Part shown: positions 9,003 through 14,695 of the stretch, one piece after another
How the letters are laid out: each line of letters opens with the position of its first letter
How positions within the stretch are numbered: position 1 is the stretch's first letter
Assembly: GCA_041916575.1 (NCBI GenBank)
Contig: JAYRZI010000002.1
Coordinates: forward strand, 1 to 21,116
Direction: 5' to 3'
Length of the DNA stretch: 21,116 bases
DNA from: Haliangiales bacterium
GTDB taxonomy: Bacteria; Myxococcota_A; Polyangia; Haliangiales; Haliangiaceae
Program-made: the position numbers and the translations under genes
The notes under the pieces: generated by a model
Databases searched by the model: none
What the model was told of the DNA's origin: nothing
The model's input: the letters and a program-made list of their open reading frames with translations, nothing else

Positions 9003-10187
9003 ATGGCTTCTGACGACGAAGACTTCGCATCGATGTTCGCTGCGTTCGAGAGCACCTCCGGTGCCAAGGAGCGCCGCCGGCCGCGCGTGGGCGACCTGGT
9101 CTCCGGCACGATCATCTCGATCGGCAAGGACGCGGTGTTCGTCGATCTCGGAGGCAAGGCAGAGGGCACCCTGGATCGCGGGCAGGTCGAGGATCGCGAG
9201 GGCAAGCTCACCGTCGCCATCGGTGACAAGATTGAAGCGCGAGTGGGGCAGGATGAAGGCGGCGTCCTGTCGCTGCGCATCAAGGTCACGCGCGGGCCCG
9301 AGGCCAAGGCCGAGCTGGTGAGCGCCCAGGAGATGGGCCTGCCGGTCGAAGGCCTGGTCACCGAGATGGTCAAGGGCGGCCTGTCCGTCGACGTGGCCGG
9401 CGTGCGCGGCTTCTGCCCGGCCTCGCAGATCGACAACCGCTTCGTCGAGGACCTGTCCGGCTTCGTCGGCCAACGCCTGACCTTCCGCATCACCCGCTAC
9501 GAGCCGGGGGGCCGCGGCAACCTGGTGCTGTCGCGCCGCGTGCTGCTGGATGAAGAGAAGGAGAAGCTGGCCGCCAAGACCCGCGAGCACCTCAAGGTGG
9601 GCGCGGTGATGCGCGGCAAGGTCGTGAGCTTCCGTCCGTTCGGCGCCTTCGTCGACCTGGGCGGCATCGAGGGCATGCTGCACGTGTCCGAGCTCGGCTT
9701 CTCCCGCGTCGAGAAGCCCGAGGACGTGCTGGCCCTGGGCCAGGAGGTCACCGTGTCGGTGCTCAAGATCGAGCCCGGCGACAAGGGCCAGCGCATCGCG
9801 CTCTCGCTCAAGGCGTTGGCCACCGATCCGTGGGCGAGCGCCGGTCAGGCCCTGACCGACGGCGCCCGCGTCAAGGGCAAGATCACGCGCATGCAGCAGT
9901 TCGGCGTGTTCGTCGAGGTGGCGCCCGGCATCGAAGGCCTGGTCCACATCAGCGAGCTCGGCGCCGGCCGCCGCATCAACCACCCGCGCGAGGTGGTGAG
10001 CGAGGGCCAGGAGGTCGAGGTCCAGGTCATCGGCCTCGATCCCGAGCGCCGCCGCGTCTCGCTGTCGATCGCGGCGGTCGCTGCCTCTGGCGGCGCCACC
10101 GCCGAAGACGTGGCCGCGGCCACGCAGCGCCCGTCGGGCGGCGCTGGGCTCGGCACCCTCGCCGATCTGCTCAAGCTCAAGAAGTAG
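9003..10187 (+). CDS. RNA-binding protein with four tandem S1 domains (ribosomal protein S1-like paralogue), 394 aa.
   Basis: The S1 OB-fold signature (G.V.G.V..i..fGaFVdl.g.eGllHiSel) occurs four times, around aa 30-95, 110-175, 195-260 and 280-345. The protein has a highly acidic N-terminus. Confidence 0.85.
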   Translation: MASDDEDFASMFAAFESTSGAKERRRPRVGDLVSGTIISIGKDAVFVDLGGKAEGTLDRGQVEDREGKLTVAIGDKIEARVGQDEGGVLSLRIKVTRGPEAKAELVSAQEMGLPVEGLVTEMVKGGLSVDVAGVRGFCPASQIDNRFVEDLSGFVGQRLTFRITRYEPGGRGNLVLSRRVLLDEEKEKLAAKTREHLKVGAVMRGKVVSFRPFGAFVDLGGIEGMLHVSELGFSRVEKPEDVLALGQEVTVSVLKIEPGDKGQRIALSLKALATDPWASAGQALTDGARVKGKITRMQQFGVFVEVAPGIEGLVHISELGAGRRINHPREVVSEGQEVEVQVIGLDPERRRVSLSIAAVAASGGATAEDVAAATQRPSGGAGLGTLADLLKLKK

Positions 10188-10245
10188 CGGCCAAGCGCGC
10201 GCGGCGCGCGGCCACGAGCGCGGTCATCGCCTGCGCCCGCCCCAG

Positions 10246-10602
10246 TCAGGGCTTGGCCACGGTGAAGCCGGTGATGCAGCGAAACGACTTCTGGTTGTAC
10301 TCGCTGGTCACGTACTCGAGCGTGACCTGATCGCCGTTGCGATAGGCCGCATACAGGATCTGGATGCCGGTCTCCGACAGCTCGCGCCCTTTGCACTGCA
10401 AGCCGCCCCAGCGGTAGTTGGTGGTGGCCTTGTCGAGCGCCAGCCAGATCGCGCCGTGGAAGAGGCGATAGCTGGAGTCACCCGGCTCGAGCAACATGAG
10501 CTGCGCCACCGACGAGGTGGGCGTGGTGTCCGCGTGGGCAGGCGCGGCAGCGGCGAGCAGGGCCAGCATCCCCGCGGCGACGGAAGAAGAGCGGAAGGAC
10601 AT
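10246..10602 (-). CDS. Small secreted hypothetical protein of 118 aa, with a cleavable signal peptide and two Cys in the mature ~94-aa part.
   Basis: MSFRSSSVAAGMLALLAAAAPAHA|DTT is a signal peptide with an AxA site. The composition is non-GC-biased (Y, N, K, F, Q-rich), unlike antisense artefacts. The ATG is at 10600..10602 (complement). Confidence 0.55.
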   Translation of the reverse strand: MSFRSSSVAAGMLALLAAAAPAHADTTPTSSVAQLMLLEPGDSSYRLFHGAIWLALDKATTNYRWGGLQCKGRELSETGIQILYAAYRNGDQVTLEYVTSEYNQKSFRCITGFTVAKP

Positions 10603-10737
10603 GGCGAAATGATACCCAAGTGTCCGCGGCGGTAGGCATTTTGCGCCGTCAAAGGTCGCAAGCCTCCGCCGGTTCTTGCCGTTATCTGCCCGGAACTGCT
10701 CACAGATTCACACATCGCGCTGCGAATCGTCCGCGCC

Positions 10738-12252
10738 ATGGCAAGCTCGCTGTCATGTCGCGCCCTCCTGCAGACACATACCAGCAGCATGGAACGAAGT
10801 GATGCAGAGCTGCTAGCGGCCTCGCGCCGCGGCGAGCGGGCCGCCTTCGCCCTGCTGGTCGAGCGCTATCAGGGCGTGGTCTGCGCGGTGTCGTATAGCG
10901 GCACCGGCGACCGCTCGCTGAGCGAAGACGTGGCGCAGGATACTTTCCTCGCCGCGTGGCGCCAGCTCGATCAGCTCCGCGAGGTCGAGCGCTTGCGAGC
11001 GTGGCTGTGCGGGATCGCCAGAAACCTCGCCCACAAGGCGCGGCGCCGGCGCGCTCGCGAGCTGCCAGTGGCCGATGAGCTCGAGGCCGGAGCCGGTGCC
11101 GATCTGTTCGAACAGGTCAGCGACAGGCAAGCCGAGCGCGTGGTGCGTGAAGCGCTCCATCGCGTGCCCGAGACCTACCGGGAGGCGCTGGTGCTCTACT
11201 ACCACGAGCAACGCTCGGCCAAAGAGGTCGCGCAGGCGCTGGGGATCAGTGAAGCGGCGGTGCTGCAGCGCCTCGCTCGCGGTCGCCAATCGCTGGCGCA
11301 AGGCGTGTCCGCGCTCGTCGAGCGCGCGCTCGCCAGCCCGCTGCCACGCCGCAGCTTGGTCGTCGGCGTCCTGGCCGGGCTATCCGCCATCACTGCGTCC
11401 CATGCGTCCGCTGCCACCACCACGAGTCCGCATGGAGGAATGTCGATGTTGAAGCTAGCTCTTGCCGCCGCAGCCCTCACCGCCGCCGGCGCCACCGCCT
11501 ACGTTACTACCAGCCGCGACGGCAGCCCCGCCGCGGCCCCCAGCAACCCCGTCGCTGTGCTGCAACCTGCGGCGAGCCTCGGCGCCAGCACCCCGCCGGC
11601 GCAAAGACTGACCACGACCCCGGTCCGCAGCGCCGCCGCCGGCTCCAGCTCCACCGCCGGCGGAAAAGAGGAGGGCTGCGGCACCTGCGATGGTTCGGCC
11701 GAGCCCGAATCGCAGCCGCCGGTCGATAGCGCCACCGTGGCGCGCCTGGGCCTGCACGAGGGCCCCTCGCGCGGCGCCGCCGATGCGCCGGTGGTCATCA
11801 CCATGTTCACCGACATGCAGTGCAAGTACTGCGGCGAGTCGCTCGGCACCATGGATCAGCTCCTCGAGGAGCTCGATGGCAAGGTGCGCCTGGTGATCAA
11901 GCAGTTCCCGGTGCGCACCGGCTCCGAGCTAGCGGCGCAGGCCGCCTTCGCCGCCGAGGCGCAGGGCAAGTTCTGGGACCTCTACGACCTGATGATGGCC
12001 AACCAAGATCGGCTCTCGCAAGAGGGCTTGATCGAGCTCGCTCGTCGCGCCGAGCTCGATGTCGACGCGTTTGGGGCCGCCCTGGAAAAGGGCACCTACC
12101 GCAGCTCGGTGGAGGAGGTGCGCAAGGTCGCCAAGGCTCTGAAGGTCATGGGCACGCCGGCCTTCTTCATCAACGGCCGCCACATCGCTGGCGCCCGCTC
12201 GGCCGAGGTGTTCCGCGAGCACATCCAGGCCGCGCTCGCCGAGCGCCGCTAG
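10738..12252 (+). CDS. ECF (sigma-70 family group IV) RNA polymerase sigma factor read in one frame with a hydrophobic anchor and a C-terminal DsbA-like thioredoxin-fold domain (CXXC = CKYC). An alternative start is the ATG at 10789 (MERSDAELL). An internal strong SD+ATG at 11434..11448 could also give a stand-alone signal-anchored DsbA-like protein.
   Basis: Sigma region 2 (DVAQDTFLAAWRQLDQL...WLCGIARNLAHKARRRR) and region 4 (ETYREALVLYYHEQRSAKEVAQALGISEAAVLQRLARGRQSL) are recognisable. There is no stop codon through the hydrophobic segments SLVVGVLAGLSAITAS and MLKLALAAAALTAAGATAYV. The C-terminal 160 aa match the DsbA-family pattern (VVITMFTDMQCKYCG...KVRLVIKQFP...AQGKFWDLYDLMMANQ...GTPAFFINGRHIAGA). 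Confidence 0.8.
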   Translation: MASSLSCRALLQTHTSSMERSDAELLAASRRGERAAFALLVERYQGVVCAVSYSGTGDRSLSEDVAQDTFLAAWRQLDQLREVERLRAWLCGIARNLAHKARRRRARELPVADELEAGAGADLFEQVSDRQAERVVREALHRVPETYREALVLYYHEQRSAKEVAQALGISEAAVLQRLARGRQSLAQGVSALVERALASPLPRRSLVVGVLAGLSAITASHASAATTTSPHGGMSMLKLALAAAALTAAGATAYVTTSRDGSPAAAPSNPVAVLQPAASLGASTPPAQRLTTTPVRSAAAGSSSTAGGKEEGCGTCDGSAEPESQPPVDSATVARLGLHEGPSRGAADAPVVITMFTDMQCKYCGESLGTMDQLLEELDGKVRLVIKQFPVRTGSELAAQAAFAAEAQGKFWDLYDLMMANQDRLSQEGLIELARRAELDVDAFGAALEKGTYRSSVEEVRKVAKALKVMGTPAFFINGRHIAGARSAEVFREHIQAALAERR

Positions 12253-12360
12253 CCGCGCCGCGACCCGCTGGGGACACCGAGCGCAACTTGCCAGCCTCTG
12301 CCGCCGGCAGTGGCTGTCATCACCTGAGGGTGCCCAGCGCGCGCACCTCGGCGCATTTGA

Positions 12361-12387
12361 TGGAACTCTGGAGCTTGCCGTCCCGTA
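12361..12387 (+). promoter_or_regulatory. Candidate ECF-sigma-type promoter (TGGAAC-N17-CGTA) ending 10 nt upstream of the TonB-dependent receptor start codon.
   Basis: tGGAACtctggagcttgccgtccCGTAgagccatccATG. The -35 AAC and -10 CGT spacing matches the ECF consensus class (GGAAC ... CGT). It lies in the 144-bp gap after the sigma-DsbA gene. Confidence 0.3.
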
Positions 12388-12396
12388 GAGCCATCC

Positions 12397-14658
12397 ATGG
12401 TGCCGCTGCTTTCCATCCGCTCGCCTCGCGTCGCGAGCCTCTTGCTCTCGCTCGTCGGCGCGGCCGCCGTCGCTGGGACCGCGCAGGCGGCGCCGCTGAC
12501 CGCGACCATCGTCGATGCTGCCACCGGCGCTCCCATCGATACCGCCTCGGCGCTGCTCGAGCGCGGCGAAGGTGCCGGTGTCGATGAGGCAGGCAAGCTC
12601 GTCCTCGAGCTACCGCCCGGCGTGCGGCAGGTCACGATCATCGCCCCCGGGTACGCCACGCGAGTGGTGGCCGTGCCGACCTCCGCCACGCTCGCCGCGG
12701 GCTGGGTGATCCAGCTCACGGCCGAGGGCGGCGCCGAGATCATCGAGGTCACGGGCGCCGGTCCCGAGCGCACCCGCCCGGTCTCCTACGAGCTGACGGC
12801 GGAGGACATCCGCACCTTGCCCGGGGCCGGCAACGACGTGCTGCGTGCAGTGCAGAGCCTGCCCGGCGTGGCGCGCATCCCCTACAACTTCGGCGGCCTG
12901 GTGCTGCGTGGCCAGGCCCCGCGCGACACCAGCGTGTTCCTCGATGGCATCGAGGTGCCGCTAGCCTTTCACTTCGGCGGCGTGACCTCGTTCTATCCGG
13001 CCACCCTGCTCGAGGACCTCGAGGTCACCAGCGGCGGCTTCGACACAGGCTGGGGCCGCACCCAGGGCGGCGTGATCTCGCTCGCCACCCGCGAGGCCCG
13101 CACCGATGCCTGGCGCGTCGGCGGCGAGGTCGGCCTCTTGCACTCGGGCGCCTTCGCTGAAGGTCCGGTGCCCGGCGGTGGCGGCGTGATGTTCGGCGTG
13201 CGCCGCTCGTACCTCGACGCGCTGGTGCGGCCCTTCGTCGAGGGCTCGCAGCCCTTGCCCAGCTACCTCGACGGCCAGCTCCGCGCCTCGTGGGGCGATC
13301 CGCGCCGCCTGGGGCGCATCATCCCGCAGGTCTTTGCCTCGGTGGATCGCATCACCAGCGAAGAGCTGTCGTTCACCTCGGCCTTCGTGCGCGCCGGCCT
13401 CACCTATCGCAAGAGCTGGGGCCCCACCCACCTCGAGGTGGTGCCGTGGGCCGGCTACAACACGCTCTTGCTCGAGAACGACGAGCGCGATTCGTCAGGC
13501 GACCCGATGGAAGAGGAGCCCTCGGGGCCGGTGCGCTTTCGCCGGCCGGTGCGCATGATCGGCGCGCGCGCCGACCTCCTGCACCAGCGCTCGTGGGGCC
13601 ACCTGCGCGCCGGCCTCGATGCCCAGGGCGGCCACCTCGGCCAGCTCGAGATCAACATCGAAGACGTGGACACCAAGGCCACCACCTCGCTGTGGTGGCG
13701 CGACCTCGCCGGCTACGCCGAGGTGCGCCTGGCGCCGTGGGGCGGCCGCGTCGCCGTCAAGCCCGGCGTGCGCGTGGAGAGCTACGGCGCCACCGACGAG
13801 CTCGTGGTGGATCCTCGCATCAACCTGCAGCAGCGCCTCAGCGAGCGCTGGAGCCTGCGCCAGGCTCTGGGCCGCTATCACCAGCCCCCGACTCCGATGG
13901 AGCTGGAGAAGACCCTGGGCAACCCCGACCTCGATAGCGCCTATACCGATCAAGCCTCGCTCAGCGTGGATGCACGGCTGCCGTACGGCCTCACCGCCTC
14001 GGCCACCGCCTTCTATCACCGCGGCCGCAAACAACCCACCGCTGCCGTGCGCCCCGAGCCCGATCCCGAAGTCCCCGAACCCAACACCGGCGGCCTGGGC
14101 CCGATCTTCGCCGAGCTCCTCGAAGAACAGTTCGGATCGTTCGACTACCGTGAGGCTACCGGCCAGGCGCGCACCCGCGGCCTCGAGCTATCGCTCAAGC
14201 GCCGCGCCGGCCGCTACTACGGCTACGCCGCGTACTCCCTGGCCTGGGCCGAACGCAAAGACGATCCCGCGCGCTTCTCCGGCTGGCGCCCCTACCAGCT
14301 CGACCAGCGCCACCACCTCACCCTGATCGGCTCGATCTCGTTCACCAAGTGGCGCTTCGGCGGCCGCATGTCGCTCGTCTCCGGCAACCCCTACAGCCCG
14401 GTCACCGGCGTCGACGAAAACGGCGAAGCCATGGTGAGCGAGTGGGGCGGCCGCCTCCCCGTCTTCTTCGCCGTCGACGTGCGCGCCGATCGCGCCTGGA
14501 AGCGCAACTGGGGCGAAGTCATCCTCTACTTCGACATCCAGAACGCCACCAACCGCCGCAACATCGAAGGCCGCGAGCTCGACGGCAACCGCGAAACCGA
14601 CATCCGCGGCCTGCCCATCCTGCCGTTCATCGGCGTCGAGATCGTCCCGCGCGGATAG
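12397..14658 (+). CDS. TonB-dependent outer-membrane receptor-like protein of 753 aa. It has an N-terminal carboxypeptidase-regulatory-like (CarbopepD_reg) domain, a plug domain and a C-terminal beta-barrel.
   Basis: Signal peptide MVPLLSIRSPRVASLLLSLVGAAAVAGTAQA. The ATIVDAATGAPI beta-sandwich motif is present. Plug motifs are DVLRAVQSLPGV, GGLVLRGQAPRDTSVFLDGIEV and EDLEVTSGGFDTGWGRTQGGVISLATRE. Amphipathic beta-strands run to the C-terminus. Confidence 0.8.
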   Translation: MVPLLSIRSPRVASLLLSLVGAAAVAGTAQAAPLTATIVDAATGAPIDTASALLERGEGAGVDEAGKLVLELPPGVRQVTIIAPGYATRVVAVPTSATLAAGWVIQLTAEGGAEIIEVTGAGPERTRPVSYELTAEDIRTLPGAGNDVLRAVQSLPGVARIPYNFGGLVLRGQAPRDTSVFLDGIEVPLAFHFGGVTSFYPATLLEDLEVTSGGFDTGWGRTQGGVISLATREARTDAWRVGGEVGLLHSGAFAEGPVPGGGGVMFGVRRSYLDALVRPFVEGSQPLPSYLDGQLRASWGDPRRLGRIIPQVFASVDRITSEELSFTSAFVRAGLTYRKSWGPTHLEVVPWAGYNTLLLENDERDSSGDPMEEEPSGPVRFRRPVRMIGARADLLHQRSWGHLRAGLDAQGGHLGQLEINIEDVDTKATTSLWWRDLAGYAEVRLAPWGGRVAVKPGVRVESYGATDELVVDPRINLQQRLSERWSLRQALGRYHQPPTPMELEKTLGNPDLDSAYTDQASLSVDARLPYGLTASATAFYHRGRKQPTAAVRPEPDPEVPEPNTGGLGPIFAELLEEQFGSFDYREATGQARTRGLELSLKRRAGRYYGYAAYSLAWAERKDDPARFSGWRPYQLDQRHHLTLIGSISFTKWRFGGRMSLVSGNPYSPVTGVDENGEAMVSEWGGRLPVFFAVDVRADRAWKRNWGEVILYFDIQNATNRRNIEGRELDGNRETDIRGLPILPFIGVEIVPRG

Positions 14659-14695
14659 GGGGCGGGGGCTCGAGCCGCGCAAGGACGTGTGGGAC

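Noticed and set aside
7379-9013. 544-aa plus ORF antisense to cstA.
   Set aside because: The translation is dominated by R, E, G, H and D with no hydrophobic segments. CstA on the minus strand is unambiguous.
8904-9983. 359-aa minus ORF antisense to the S1-domain gene. Also 9830..10330 (+) and 9845..10396 (-).
   Set aside because: These are Ala/Asp/Arg-rich artefacts. The S1-domain frame shows four clean OB-fold repeats.
10189-10216. GC hairpin (GGCC-aag-CGCGCG-cgg-CGCGCG-GCC) between the convergent S1 and small-protein genes. Considered as a bidirectional intrinsic terminator.
   Set aside because: There is no flanking T/A tract. In a 70% GC genome such GC-only palindromes occur by chance, so it cannot be called a terminator from sequence alone.
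10692-10730. GGAAC at 10692 upstream of the sigma gene. Considered as an autoregulatory ECF promoter.
   Set aside because: There is no CGT(A/C) -10 element at the correct 16-17 nt spacing (the nearest CGTC is 30 nt away). It is therefore not called.
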